64,000 nt of DNA from an uncultured delta proteobacterium (GCA_963841435.1 CAWJCS010000003.1:448001-512000), one strand, 5' to 3'. Positions 9,156 to 19,453 are shown, numbered from the stretch's first letter. Notes: generated by a model not told the origin, from the letters alone. Numbers and translations are program-made.

Positions 9156-10628
9156 ATGCGCTGCCGACCATCGAGCACCCAACGCGCGTCGATTCGCCTC
9201 TTGGTGGCCGGTGTTGCGGTCGCCCTCGTCGCAAAATCGGGGCTCGCACAGGAGCTAGCGACCGAAGCGACGCCCCCCGAGCCGGCGGCGCGGGGCGCCA
9301 AGGTGGCGAGCCCCTCCCCGGCAGCCGCACCCGCGGCGCTGCCGGCAACCGGCGCCCCGGCGCTACCGCCCGCGGGTGCGACAGCTGCGCCGACCGCGTC
9401 AGTACCCCCAGCGGAGGGGCCGGCGATCCTGCGGTCGCCACGCGCGCCCGCCACGCCGTTTTCAAACCGCGCCCCCGCGGCGCGCGACGCGGCCTTCGGA
9501 GCGAAGGCGCCAAAGCTCGAGATCGCTTCGGAGGACGGGGCGCATCGCGTCGCGTTCTCGGCGCTCGTGCAGAGTGACGCGCGGCTGTTCCTCGCTGATT
9601 CCGGCAGGAGCGCGTTCGCCATTCGGCGCGCGCGGCCCATCCTCGACGCGCGCGTCTACCGGTACTTCGAGCTCAAGCTCCAGGCGGACTTCTCGAACGG
9701 CAAGCCCACGCTGTTCGACGCCTACGGCAACGTCCATTTCCTCGACGAGATCCAGCTCCTCGCGGGCAAGGCGCGCACCCCCGTGGGCCTCGAGCGGCTC
9801 CAGTCCGCGCGCGACCTCAGCTTCGCCGAGCGCAGCTTTGCGACGGCGCTCGTTCCGAACCGCGACATCGGCGTCAAGCTCTACGGGACACTCCTCGGCG
9901 GAACCGTGGAATGGGCGGCGTCGGTGACCAACGGCGTCCCGAACGGCCAGAGTGCCGACGCCGACACGAACGACGCGAAAAACGTCGCGGCTCGCCTCTT
10001 CGTCTTGCCCTTCCGGCCGCTCGAGGTTGCCGCGCTCGAGGGGCTCGGGCTCGGATTTTCCGTGCTGACAGGCAACGAGCAGGGACCGCTGCCAAGCTAC
10101 TTTTCGTCGGGCCTTCAGCCGTACTTTAGCTACCTCGCGTCTGCGACGGCGCTCGGCCGCCGCACGCTGTTCTCGCCGCAGGGCTACTACTACTTCGGGC
10201 CGCTCGGCGTGATGTCGGAGCTCGTGAGGGTGCGCGAGCACATCGTGGGCCCGGCGACGAGCGCCACCGTGGGCACCACGGCTTTCCAGGTGGCAGGCTC
10301 GTTCGTGCTCGGCGGCAAGCCGGGCTACAAGGGCGTCGTCGTCGAGCACGCGCTCGATCCGGAGCACGGCGGCTTCGGCGCGCTTTCGCTCGACGCACGC
10401 TACCACACGCTACGCGCAGGCAACCTCGCGTTCACTCCCGGTTTCGCCGATCCGGACGTGTCGGCACAGCTCGCACGCGCCTTCACGCTCGGCATGACGT
10501 GGCACCTCGCGAGCGGTCAGAAAGCGCTCGTGGACTACGAGCGCGCGAGCTTCCGCGGCGGCGCTCCGAACGGCGGCAATCGCCCCGCGGAACAGATCGT
10601 CGTCGCGCGGCTACAAGCCTCGCTCTGA
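9156..10628 (+). CDS. OprO/OprP-family phosphate-selective (anion) porin
   Basis: FAIRRARP, DAYGN, GLERLQS, NRDIGV, YYYFGPLG motifs; C-terminal RLQASL. Confidence 0.85.
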   Translation: MRCRPSSTQRASIRLLVAGVAVALVAKSGLAQELATEATPPEPAARGAKVASPSPAAAPAALPATGAPALPPAGATAAPTASVPPAEGPAILRSPRAPATPFSNRAPAARDAAFGAKAPKLEIASEDGAHRVAFSALVQSDARLFLADSGRSAFAIRRARPILDARVYRYFELKLQADFSNGKPTLFDAYGNVHFLDEIQLLAGKARTPVGLERLQSARDLSFAERSFATALVPNRDIGVKLYGTLLGGTVEWAASVTNGVPNGQSADADTNDAKNVAARLFVLPFRPLEVAALEGLGLGFSVLTGNEQGPLPSYFSSGLQPYFSYLASATALGRRTLFSPQGYYYFGPLGVMSELVRVREHIVGPATSATVGTTAFQVAGSFVLGGKPGYKGVVVEHALDPEHGGFGALSLDARYHTLRAGNLAFTPGFADPDVSAQLARAFTLGMTWHLASGQKALVDYERASFRGGAPNGGNRPAEQIVVARLQASL

Positions 10629-10706
10629 GGGCGACCGTGCCGAGGCTCGGTGGCACCCGCGCCTTCACCCCGAGAGCGTCGGCGCGAGCAGGCGACGGCC
10701 GCAGGC

Positions 10707-12068
10707 TCAGAGATCGGTGATCAGGTAGTCCTTGATCTTGTAGAGCAGCGCCCGGTGGCTGATCTCGAGGATCTCGGCGGCGCGCGTGCGGTTGCCCTTG
10801 GTCTTCTGCAGGGCGCGGCGAATCAGGATTTCCTCGATGATGCGCATGGTCTTCTTCACGCTGAGCTCGCCGCTCGCGAGCTGCATTTGCACGGGATCGC
10901 GTGCTTCGCGCACGCGCTCCGGCAGGTCCACCGCCGTGATCACTTCGCCTTCGGTCAGCACCATGGCGCGCTCGACGGTGTTCTCGAGCTCGCGCACGTT
11001 GCCGGGCCAGGCGTACTCGTAGAGCAGACGGCGCGCCTCGGTGTCGAGCCCGCGGATGCTCGTGCCGAGCCGTGCATTGTTGCGCGCCAAAAAATGGTCG
11101 ATGAGCAGCGGGATGTCCTCCCGACGCTCGCGGAGCGCGGGGCAATGAATGAGGAGCACGTTGAGGCGATAGAAGAGATCCTCGCGGAAGCGGCCCGCCT
11201 TCGTCTCCGCCGGGAGGTCGCGGTGCGTCGCCGTGACGATACGCACGTCAACCTGCGTGTCACGCGTATCGCCGAGGCGCCGGATCTTCTCGTCCTCGAG
11301 CACGCGGAGCAGCTTCACCTGCAGTCCCAGTGGCAGCTCGCCGATCTCGTCGAGGAACAGTGTGCCGCAAGTTGCCTCCTCGAAGAGCCCCCGGCGGTCC
11401 TGCACGGCGTCGGTGAAGGCGCCCTTCTTGTGCCCGAAGAGCTCGCTTTCGAGCAGGTTCTCGGGGATGGCGCCACAGTTGACGGCCACGAACGGCCCGC
11501 TGCGCTTGCTGCGGCGGTGGATGGCCCGCGCCACGAGCTCCTTGCCGGCGCCGCTCTCGCCCGTGATGAGCACGGTCGTCTTGTATTCGGCGATCTTCGC
11601 GATCGTGCGAAAGATGTCCTGCATCTTCGCGCTCTTCGCGAGGATGTCTTCGAAGCGGTGCTCCTTTCGGATCTCGTCCTTGAGCGCACGATTTTCGCGC
11701 CGCAGCGCCTCGCGCTCTTCGGCCTTCTTGAGCGCGAGCACGACCTCGTCCGGCTTGAACGGTTTCTGGACGTAGTCGTAGGCACCGGCCTTGATGGCCT
11801 CGAGCGCGAGATCCATGTTGCCGTACGCGCTCATGACGATCACGGTCGCCTCGTTGCGCTTGGCCTTGAGGGTCGCGAGCAGGTCGAGACCGCCCATCTT
11901 GGGCATGCGGACGTCCGTGAGCACGACGTCGGGCCCGAACGAATCGACGAGCGCGAGGGCGTCCTCGCCGGTCGCCGCCGTCTCGACCTCGTAGCCGTGC
12001 CGCTTGAGCAACGTGCGGAGCACGAGGCGCAAGTTCTCCTCGTCGTCGACCACGAGCACCCGGCGCAC
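10707..12068 (-). CDS. Sigma-54-dependent response regulator (REC-AAA+-Fis HTH, NtrC family)
   Basis: VLVVDDE, DVRMP, GESGAGKE, GAFTDA, LFLDEIGE, WPGNVREL, GNRTRAAEIL. Confidence 0.95.
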   Translation of the reverse strand: MRRVLVVDDEENLRLVLRTLLKRHGYEVETAATGEDALALVDSFGPDVVLTDVRMPKMGGLDLLATLKAKRNEATVIVMSAYGNMDLALEAIKAGAYDYVQKPFKPDEVVLALKKAEEREALRRENRALKDEIRKEHRFEDILAKSAKMQDIFRTIAKIAEYKTTVLITGESGAGKELVARAIHRRSKRSGPFVAVNCGAIPENLLESELFGHKKGAFTDAVQDRRGLFEEATCGTLFLDEIGELPLGLQVKLLRVLEDEKIRRLGDTRDTQVDVRIVTATHRDLPAETKAGRFREDLFYRLNVLLIHCPALRERREDIPLLIDHFLARNNARLGTSIRGLDTEARRLLYEYAWPGNVRELENTVERAMVLTEGEVITAVDLPERVREARDPVQMQLASGELSVKKTMRIIEEILIRRALQKTKGNRTRAAEILEISHRALLYKIKDYLITDL

Positions 12069-12150
12069 TGTGCAAAAAATGCTACCAGAGGGGGCCTGGG
12101 TGCGCAACATTTTCTAGCCCCCCCGGACCGCTTCGAAAAGCGGCTGACTT

Positions 12151-13389
12151 ATGGCACTAGTGCAAGCCGTCATGCTTGCCGGAGTCGATCAGCTGCAGGG
12201 TGGACCGCTCTCGACGCTCAGAAAGCGCCTACGCGACGCGCGCGTCGGCGTGCTCACGCACGCCGCGAGCACCGACCGTCGCGGACAGCACGTGCTTGCC
12301 GTGCTCGCCGAGCTCGGCGCATCGGTGCGCGTCGTGTTCGCGCCCGAGCACGGGCTCGACGCGGACGCCCAAGCCGAGGAGGCCGTCGCCACCGTGAGCG
12401 AGAGCGCGAACGAACGGCCGCCCGTCATCAGCCTGTATGGCAAGACGCGCGAGGAGCTCACGCCCACCCCCGAAAAGCTCGCCGAGATCGACCTGCTCGT
12501 CATCGACCTGTGCGACGTGGGCGCGCGCTACTACACGTACGCGTGGACGGCGCTGCTCGCAGCGCGCGCCGCGCGGCAAGCGAACGTGCACACCGTCGTG
12601 CTCGATCGGCCAAACCCGATCTCCGGTGACCCTGCGACGCTCGAAGGAGCGCCGCAGGACCCCGAGTTCCTGTCGTTCGTCGGCCTCGAACCGCTGCCGA
12701 TCCGGCATGCGCTCACGCTGGGCGAAATCCTCGCGCTGTTCGAGGAGCGCGACGGCGCCGCGCTCGGCGCCGAGGGGTCGCTGTCCGTCGTGCCGACGCT
12801 CGGCTGGGAGCGGCACCGCACGGCGGCCGCGTGGGGACGGCCGTTCATCATGCCGAGCCCGAACATGCCGACGCTCGAGACGGCGCTCGTGTACCCCGGC
12901 GGCTGCCTCGTCGAGGGGACGAACCTTTCGGAGGGGCGCGGCACGACGGCGCCATTCCAGCTCGTGGGCGCGCCGTTCATCGACGGCGAAGCGCTCTGCC
13001 GCTCGCTGCTCGAGCTCGGGGCGCCCGGCGTGCTCATCCGCCCGGCGACGTTCCGTCCGATGTTCGACAAGCACGCCGGACAGCGCTGCCGCGGCGTCAT
13101 GCTACACGTCACCAACCCTGCCCTCTTCCGCCCCGTGGCGACGTACCTCGCGCTCATCGCGGTCGCGCGCGCGCAGGCGCCCGAGTCGTTCGAGTTTCGC
13201 GCGACGCCCTACGAGTTCGAAACCACGCGGCCCGCGTTCGACCTTCTCACGGGCTCGGCGCGTGCGCGCGAGGCCTTGCTCGCCGGCGCCGGACCCGAGG
13301 ACGTAGCGCGCCTCGTCGCGCCGCTCGATCCCGTCCTGTGCGACCGCGTGCTCGAAGCCGAAGACCGCCTGACGCGGGCGCACGCCTAG
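12151..13389 (+). CDS. namZ: Exo-beta-N-acetylmuramidase NamZ/YbbC family (DUF1343)
   Basis: FAPEHG, SLYG, DVGARYYTY, LDRPNP, PSPNMP, YPG.CL.EGTNLSEGRGT. Confidence 0.9.
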   Translation: MALVQAVMLAGVDQLQGGPLSTLRKRLRDARVGVLTHAASTDRRGQHVLAVLAELGASVRVVFAPEHGLDADAQAEEAVATVSESANERPPVISLYGKTREELTPTPEKLAEIDLLVIDLCDVGARYYTYAWTALLAARAARQANVHTVVLDRPNPISGDPATLEGAPQDPEFLSFVGLEPLPIRHALTLGEILALFEERDGAALGAEGSLSVVPTLGWERHRTAAAWGRPFIMPSPNMPTLETALVYPGGCLVEGTNLSEGRGTTAPFQLVGAPFIDGEALCRSLLELGAPGVLIRPATFRPMFDKHAGQRCRGVMLHVTNPALFRPVATYLALIAVARAQAPESFEFRATPYEFETTRPAFDLLTGSARAREALLAGAGPEDVARLVAPLDPVLCDRVLEAEDRLTRAHA

Positions 13390-13470
13390 CTGAACGGCGA
13401 CGCACGCCTAGCTGAACGGCGACGCACGCGGACGCACGCGGACGCACGCGAGCCGCACGCGAGCCGCACG
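13379..13470. repeat. Nested tandem repeat between convergent genes
   Basis: 22-bp CGCACGCCTAGCTGAACGGCGA x2 (13379, 13401), then GACGCACGCG x3, then AGCCGCACG x2. Confidence 0.8.
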
Positions 13471-13620
13471 GGCGACCGGCGATGCCGATTTGCGCCCCCG
13501 CGGCGGCGCCAGCCGACGCTTTTCGGGCGCCCGCGCCCGCGCCCGGAGGCCGAGGACGCGGGTCGTTTGGCGCGCCACCGGGCGGGGGCAGCGCTGCCCG
13601 GAACGGGTTCGTGGGGAGCG

Positions 13621-14994
13621 CTATGCGCGCATCGCCGCTTCAACGTCGGCGGGGGTCTTCGGGATGGCTCGGGTGAGCACGTCAGCGCCCGTTTCGGTGA
13701 CGAGCACGTCGTCTTCGATGCGAATGCCGCGCACGTCGGAAAAGCGCGCGAGCACGTTGCGATCGAGCGCGGGCTCGAGGTCGCCGACCTCCTCGGGGCG
13801 CTCGAGGAGGTACGGGATGCGATAAAAGCCTGGCTCGATGGTGACGATCATGCCGGGCTCGAGGTCGCGGTCGAGGCGGAGGTAGCGGTCGCCGAAGCTC
13901 TTCTGGCGCGTGCGGCCGGGCGCGTAGCCGGCGCGGTCGCCGAGGTCTTCCATGTCGTGCACGTCGAGGCCGAGCAGGTGGCCGACGCCGTGCGGGAAGA
14001 ACAGCGCCGCGGCACCGCGGGCGTAGAGGTCGTCGACGTCGCCCTTGAAGATGCCGAGCGCGACGAGCCCTTCGAGGAGGCGTCGACCCGCGGCGCGGTG
14101 CACGTCGAGGTAGCGCACGCCGGGTGCGACGCGCTCGATGGCGGCGGTCTGCGCGGCGAGGACCGCCTCGTAGGCGGCCCGCTGGGTGCCGGAGTAGCTG
14201 CCGGTGACGGGCCAGGTGCGCGTCACGTCGCTCGCCCAGCCTTCGGGCGCTTCGGCGCCCACGTCGGCGAGCAGGAGGTCGCCGCGTTCGAGGGTGCGGT
14301 CGTGGCGCCCGTCGTGCAGCACCTCGCCATGGCGCGTGACGATGGGCTGGTAGGCGTGGGTGCAGCCTGCGGCGACGATCTCGGCGTCCATGGCGGCGAG
14401 CACGGCGGCCTCGCGCAGGCCGGGCCGCGTGGCGCGCATGCCGGCTCGGTGTGCGCGCTCGGTGACGCCCGCGGCGGCGCGCACCTGCGCGATGGCGGCG
14501 GCGTCGTGCACGAGGCGAAGCTGGATCATGACGTCGGCAAGGTCGCGATCGGAGCCCTCGAGCTCCGGCCCCGAGCCCGGCACGATGTCCCGCCCGAGCA
14601 GCGCGCTCTGCAGGTACGCGCTGTCACCGTCCTGTGCGGGCAGCGTCGCGACCTCGGGGCCCACGTCGATCTCGTCGATGGGCCGCGTCTCGATGCCGAG
14701 CTCGGCGGAGAGGTCTTCGAGCGATGGCTCGGGGCCGCTCCACAGGGCTTCCTCGGGGTCTGGTGGATGAGCGTAGAGGACGGCCCCCTCGGGATGGACG
14801 AGCAGCGCCGCGCCTTCGAGCTGACGGCCGACGAGGTAGAGAAAGTGGCTCTCCGCGCGGAAGGGGTACGGATTGCCGGCGTAGTTGCGCGGCTTCGCGA
14901 CCCCCGAGACGAACAGGGCGGGGCCAGCGAGCCGCGCTTGCAGGCGTTTCCGGCGCTCGGAGAAAGCTTCGTTGGGGCTCGGCTCGGGCCACAT
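13621..14994 (-). CDS. pepP: Xaa-Pro aminopeptidase (M24B)
   Basis: PFRAESHFLYL, LLADVGAE, SDVTRTWP, HGVGHLLGLDVHD, TIEPGFY, GIRIEDD. Confidence 0.93.
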   Translation of the reverse strand: MWPEPSPNEAFSERRKRLQARLAGPALFVSGVAKPRNYAGNPYPFRAESHFLYLVGRQLEGAALLVHPEGAVLYAHPPDPEEALWSGPEPSLEDLSAELGIETRPIDEIDVGPEVATLPAQDGDSAYLQSALLGRDIVPGSGPELEGSDRDLADVMIQLRLVHDAAAIAQVRAAAGVTERAHRAGMRATRPGLREAAVLAAMDAEIVAAGCTHAYQPIVTRHGEVLHDGRHDRTLERGDLLLADVGAEAPEGWASDVTRTWPVTGSYSGTQRAAYEAVLAAQTAAIERVAPGVRYLDVHRAAGRRLLEGLVALGIFKGDVDDLYARGAAALFFPHGVGHLLGLDVHDMEDLGDRAGYAPGRTRQKSFGDRYLRLDRDLEPGMIVTIEPGFYRIPYLLERPEEVGDLEPALDRNVLARFSDVRGIRIEDDVLVTETGADVLTRAIPKTPADVEAAMRA

Positions 14995-15177
14995 GGTGCG
15001 GGGTGCCGGCGCGCCACGCTCCGTGGCACCGTTGGGCCTTCCGGCGCCGGTAGCGTAGCAGATAGACTCCGCGCAAAGCCTGCCGGAAACCCTCCGGCCC
15101 CGGCCACCGTAAGCGTCCGGCCGTCGCCTCGGGCGGCGGCACGGTTCTGGAACCAATAAAGGAAGGGAAGCAACAAC

Positions 15178-15516
15178 ATGGCACTCAGACTTTCGAAGAC
15201 TCTCTCCGCGGCGGCCGCAACGGGACTCATGCTGGGCGCGCTCACGGCGTGCGGCGGCAGCACGCCGCCGGCCGAAGCACCGGCCGAGGAATCCGCGCCG
15301 GCCGCCGAAGCAGCGCCCGCGGACATGTCCGCGGAAGCAGCACCGGCCGAGGGTGGTGACATGGCGGGCACCGACGCCGCGGCCGAAGGCAAGGACTGCT
15401 GCAAGGCGAAGAACGAGTGCAAGGGCAAGGGCGGCTGCAAGACCGACACGAACGGCTGCGCCGGAAAGAACGAGTGCAAGGGCAAGGGCGGCTGCAACGC
15501 CCACTGTCCGAAGTGA
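15178..15516 (+). CDS. Cys-rich MNIO precursor peptide (BufA2/bufferin-like) with lipoprotein signal
   Basis: Strong RBS; lipobox LTAC; acidic Ala-rich linker; core with two KNECKGKGGC repeats (8 Cys); directly upstream of DUF692. Confidence 0.85.
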   Translation: MALRLSKTLSAAAATGLMLGALTACGGSTPPAEAPAEESAPAAEAAPADMSAEAAPAEGGDMAGTDAAAEGKDCCKAKNECKGKGGCKTDTNGCAGKNECKGKGGCNAHCPK

Positions 15517-15591
15517 GCCGATGCCGCGGGTGGCCGCGAGCGCCCCTCGTGGGCTCTTGCTGCCACCCGCCGGCGGGCTGAAAAGAGCGCC

Positions 15592-16560
15592 ATGGCGAAA
15601 GAGCGGCTCGGCCTACCGGACCTCGGCGTCGGCGTGGGCTTGCGGGTCCCGCACTACCGGCGCGTGTTCGCCGAACGGCCGGCGCTCGATTTCGTCGAGG
15701 TCATCAGCGAAAACTTCATGCAAGGCGGCGGGCGGCCGCGCTACCACCTCGAACGGGCGCTCGAGTGCTATCCGCTCGTTTTGCACGGTGTGTCGCTCGG
15801 CATCGGCGGGCCCGACGAGCCCGACCGGGCGTACCTCGAGAAGCTTCGCGAGCTCGTGGCCTTCACGCGCACGCCCTGGGTGAGCGACCACTTCTGCTGG
15901 TCGGCAGCGGGCGGCGCGCACTTGCACGATTTGCTGCCGCTACCGCTCACGCCGTCGCTCGTCCGGACGATCGCCGACCGCGCGCGCCGCGTCGAGGACG
16001 TGCTCGACCGCCCCTTCGCCCTCGAGAACGCTTCCACGTACCTCACCTACCGCTCGAGCGTGCTCGCCGAGTGGGAGTTCATCTCCGAGGTCGCCGAGCG
16101 CGCGAACATCGGGTTGCTCTTCGACGTGAACAACGTTTTCGTCACGTCGTACAATCACGGGCTCGATCCGGTCGAGTTCGTGCGGAGCGTGCCCCACGAG
16201 CGCATCGTGCAGATCCACCTCGCGGGCCACACGAACCTCGGCTCGCACATCATCGACACCCACCGCGGGCACGTGATCGACCCCGTGTGGGACCTCTACC
16301 GGCTGACGATCGAGCAAACGGGCCCGGTTTCCACGCTGATCGAGTGGGACGACGAGATCCCGGAGCTCGAAGTGTTGCTCGCCGAAAAGGAGCGAGCCCG
16401 CGCCGAGCGGGACCGCGCGCTCGCGGCGCGCCGCGAGAACAAGAGTTCGGTAGACGACGCCGCCCTCGCGCGCATTCGGGAGGCGGCACGCGCACGCTCG
16501 GCACCCGTCGAGGAGCGCCACGGCTGGCTCCAGGGTGGACCGCGCGAGGCCGCCGAGTGA
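15592..16560 (+). CDS. Multinuclear non-heme iron-dependent oxidase (MNIO, DUF692/BufB-like)
   Basis: GVGLR, EVISENF, LHGVSL, SDHFCW, ALEN, FDVNN, IHLAGH, IDTH, LIEWD. Confidence 0.93.
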   Translation: MAKERLGLPDLGVGVGLRVPHYRRVFAERPALDFVEVISENFMQGGGRPRYHLERALECYPLVLHGVSLGIGGPDEPDRAYLEKLRELVAFTRTPWVSDHFCWSAAGGAHLHDLLPLPLTPSLVRTIADRARRVEDVLDRPFALENASTYLTYRSSVLAEWEFISEVAERANIGLLFDVNNVFVTSYNHGLDPVEFVRSVPHERIVQIHLAGHTNLGSHIIDTHRGHVIDPVWDLYRLTIEQTGPVSTLIEWDDEIPELEVLLAEKERARAERDRALAARRENKSSVDDAALARIREAARARSAPVEERHGWLQGGPREAAE

Positions 16561-17384
16561 CCGACGCCGACGCGCTGTTCGCCAAGATGGCGGTCTTCTT
16601 GCGGCGCCGCCGCGATCTAACGAAGGACGACGAGGCCCGCGCCTTCGCCGACGAGCACCTCGGCGGCAACGAGCGTCTCTTGGGCATCGCCCAGCTCGAG
16701 ATTTACCGCGAGCAGTTCTGGCTCCGGCACACGGGCTCGCTCGTGGAGGATTTTCCCGGCGTGGGCGGTGTCATCGGCGTCGCGTCGTGGAATCGCCTCG
16801 TCGAGGAGTACCTCGTGACCTTTCGCCCGGAGAGCTACTCGCTCAGAAACCTCGGCGACCGATTCCCCGCGTTCGTCGGCGAGCGCGACTGGCTCGAGGA
16901 GCGCCGGCTGGCGTCCGACATGGCGCGCCTCGAATGGGCGCACGTCGAGGTGTTCGACGCGGAAGACGCGCCCCCGCTCGCGCCCAATCGGCTCGCCGCG
17001 GTGCCCGACGACGCGTGGGAAGGAGCGCGGCTCTTGCTCGATCCGGGTCTCCGTGTGCTCGCCTTCGACTATCCCGTCGTGCCGCTCAGGCGGGCGCTGC
17101 TCCGCGCGCGCGATGCCGGCTCGAGCGAGCCCCTGCCGCTGCCCGAGCGCGCACCGTGTCACCTCGCCGTGCACCGGCGTGAGCGCCTGATTCACCACGA
17201 CGCGCTCGAGCCTCTGGCCTTTGCGCTGCTCGAGCGCGTCGCCGGGGGCGCACCGCTCGGCACGGCGTGCGAACGCGCCGCGGAGGCGTCGGGCATCACG
17301 GTCGACGAGATCGGGACGCGCGTCGAGGGGTGGTTTTCCGAGTGGGCACGGCTCGGCTACATCGTCGATGTCGAGACGGGCTGA
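16557..17384 (+). CDS. MNIO partner protein (DUF2063/BufC-like)
   Basis: GTG overlapping the DUF692 stop; LEIYREQF, LVEDFPGV, DMARLEWA motifs. Confidence 0.85.
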   Translation: MTDADALFAKMAVFLRRRRDLTKDDEARAFADEHLGGNERLLGIAQLEIYREQFWLRHTGSLVEDFPGVGGVIGVASWNRLVEEYLVTFRPESYSLRNLGDRFPAFVGERDWLEERRLASDMARLEWAHVEVFDAEDAPPLAPNRLAAVPDDAWEGARLLLDPGLRVLAFDYPVVPLRRALLRARDAGSSEPLPLPERAPCHLAVHRRERLIHHDALEPLAFALLERVAGGAPLGTACERAAEASGITVDEIGTRVEGWFSEWARLGYIVDVETG

Positions 17385-17390
17385 AAACCG

Positions 17391-19022
17391 TCAACCGTGC
17401 CGCTCGAGCAACCGCAAGTAGTGCAGCAGCGCCGTGCCCGCGTGTTGCGGAAAATCGATGCGCACTTTGAGGTCGACGGGCGTGCTCGGAAAGCCGCCGA
17501 ACATCACGGCCGGCGCAGGCATGAGGTAGTCCGGACCGGGGGTGAATTGGAAGCGCATCATGAAGGCGAGCGTTTGCCGGATGCCCGCCTCGAGCGCGGC
17601 GCTCTCTCTCGCTGAAACTCCCGCCTTGCGGGCCGCCTCGAGCGTCGAGACGGCCGCCTCCATGCGACTCGACGATCCCACGAGAGCCGGCAAGACGAGC
17701 GGGCCAGCGCTGGTCGCGCCGTCGAGCTCGGGCCCGGCGTCCCAATCCTCGATGGCGAGGTTTCGCACGGACTCTTGCCAGGCAAGACAGAAGCGGAGGG
17801 CTTTGGGATTCGGCGCGCGGTCCCAGAGCTCGTTCATGGCGTGGCACGTCCAGTGCTCGGCGCCGAAGAAGTAGCGCCAGCCAACGTACCAGGCCGGCAT
17901 GTCAACGAGGCTCGCGAGGGCTCGGCGCGCGGCCTCGAGGTTCTTGCCGTCACGCGTCACGCGCTCGGCGCGCGCGAGCGCGAGGGTCGCCTCCCCGGTG
18001 TAGTAGAGGAGCTGGACGTCGATGGGCGCCTTCGCGCGCCGATCGTAAAGGTGCATGAACTCGCCGTCCGGTCGCTGCATGCTGCGCAAAAACGCCGAGA
18101 GGTCGGCGATGGGCCCCGCGAGGCCCGGCGCGCGGCCCGTCTCGTAGAGCTCAACGAACGCGAGCAACGCGAGCGCCGACGAGCCGAGATCGGCGCGGTC
18201 GTTGCCCGCGATGCAGCGGTGGGTGCCGCAATCCACCAAGGCGTGGCTCACGAGGTGCCCGCCCGCGCGCAGCGCCGCCGACGTGAGCCAAGGATCCTTG
18301 CTGTAGGCGGCGACGTCCGAAAGATACCAGGTGGCGCCCGCGTGGCGCGGCCAGTTGTACTCCGGGGTGTCGGCGCCGGTCGCCGCGTCGGTTTCGTAGC
18401 GGTAGCTACCGTCGGGGCGCACGGCGCGCGCGAGGTAGCTTCCGGCGGCGAGCGCGGCGGCACGCAGCGTCTCCTTCGTGACCTCGGGCCTCTCGCGCTC
18501 GGGCCGGTGCCGGATGACGAGGCGCCGAAAAGTGCCCTCGGTGCGGAGCTCCTCGGGCGTGGCGTGGAGCTCGCGTCCGAGGAACGCGACCACGGCTTCG
18601 GGGTCGATGCTCAGGCAGAGCTTGCTCGTACCGAAGGGCACCCAGCTGTCGTAAGCGCCGAGCTTCACCAGGTCGTCGATCGTCGCGTACGCGACGCGCC
18701 CGCGATAGTGGGCCTCGATGCCGTCGCGACCCGGCACGAAGGCGCTACCGAAGAGCAGCCAGCGCGTCGAGAGCACCGGACCGGTCGCGACAACGTCCTC
18801 GATCACCACGCGCTGAAAGCGCTTCGGCCGGAGGGCGTTTTCGGCGTTCTGCTCGACGACGGCTCGAGCGCCCCGGATGCCACCCTGCCAGACGCTCACG
18901 ATCGAAAACAGCGGCTTTCTGGCGGCGTGAGGGACGCCGAGCCACCACGAGAGCGCGAAGCAGGCGGCGAGTAGGACGAGGAGGTAGACGCGCGCCAGAC
19001 GGAACAGCGCCCGAGGGCTCAT
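17391..19022 (-). CDS. Membrane-anchored hypothetical protein with alpha/alpha-toroid-like C-terminal region
   Basis: N-terminal TM; DGSYRY, YNWPRHAG, MQRPDGEF, YYTGEA, VRIDFPQH motifs; ATGA overlap with upstream gene. Confidence 0.55.
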   Translation of the reverse strand: MSPRALFRLARVYLLVLLAACFALSWWLGVPHAARKPLFSIVSVWQGGIRGARAVVEQNAENALRPKRFQRVVIEDVVATGPVLSTRWLLFGSAFVPGRDGIEAHYRGRVAYATIDDLVKLGAYDSWVPFGTSKLCLSIDPEAVVAFLGRELHATPEELRTEGTFRRLVIRHRPERERPEVTKETLRAAALAAGSYLARAVRPDGSYRYETDAATGADTPEYNWPRHAGATWYLSDVAAYSKDPWLTSAALRAGGHLVSHALVDCGTHRCIAGNDRADLGSSALALLAFVELYETGRAPGLAGPIADLSAFLRSMQRPDGEFMHLYDRRAKAPIDVQLLYYTGEATLALARAERVTRDGKNLEAARRALASLVDMPAWYVGWRYFFGAEHWTCHAMNELWDRAPNPKALRFCLAWQESVRNLAIEDWDAGPELDGATSAGPLVLPALVGSSSRMEAAVSTLEAARKAGVSARESAALEAGIRQTLAFMMRFQFTPGPDYLMPAPAVMFGGFPSTPVDLKVRIDFPQHAGTALLHYLRLLERHG

Positions 19023-19450
19023 GCTGCGGCCCCGAGGCGGCGGTGGATCCAGACGAGCTCGATGACCGGGTACACGAAAGCGTACGGCAGCCCCAAAAGG
19101 AAGATCAGCGACATGAGCAGCACGCCACCGCGACCGAAGTCGCCGTGTACGCCGGAAAGATACGCGACGCTGAGCGCCGCGGCCGCGAGCAACAGGAGCC
19201 CGAAGCCTAAAAGCGCGAGAGCGCCGACGCGCAACGCCGCGAGCGAGAGCGCCGGCCGGCCGATCGCGACGAGGCTCGAGCCGAGTACGGCGAGCACCGT
19301 GGCGCCGATGAGCGCGTCCGCGAGCAAATAGCGCACGGGCAGGCCGTAACCGGCCAGGCCCAGCGCAAGGGCCGGCAGGAGATTGCCGAACGCGAAACCG
19401 AGCTCGGCGCGGCGGCTCCTCGAACCGGACACGAGAGGCGTCGATAGCAT
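19019..19450 (-). CDS. Small 4-TM membrane protein
   Basis: Four hydrophobic segments; stop overlaps the next start. Confidence 0.6.
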   Translation of the reverse strand: MLSTPLVSGSRSRRAELGFAFGNLLPALALGLAGYGLPVRYLLADALIGATVLAVLGSSLVAIGRPALSLAALRVGALALLGFGLLLLAAAALSVAYLSGVHGDFGRGGVLLMSLIFLLGLPYAFVYPVIELVWIHRRLGAAA

Positions 19451-19453
19451 CTT

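Noticed and set aside
13379-13470. Possible CRISPR array
   Set aside because: Units are directly adjacent with no unique spacers, and no cas genes are present
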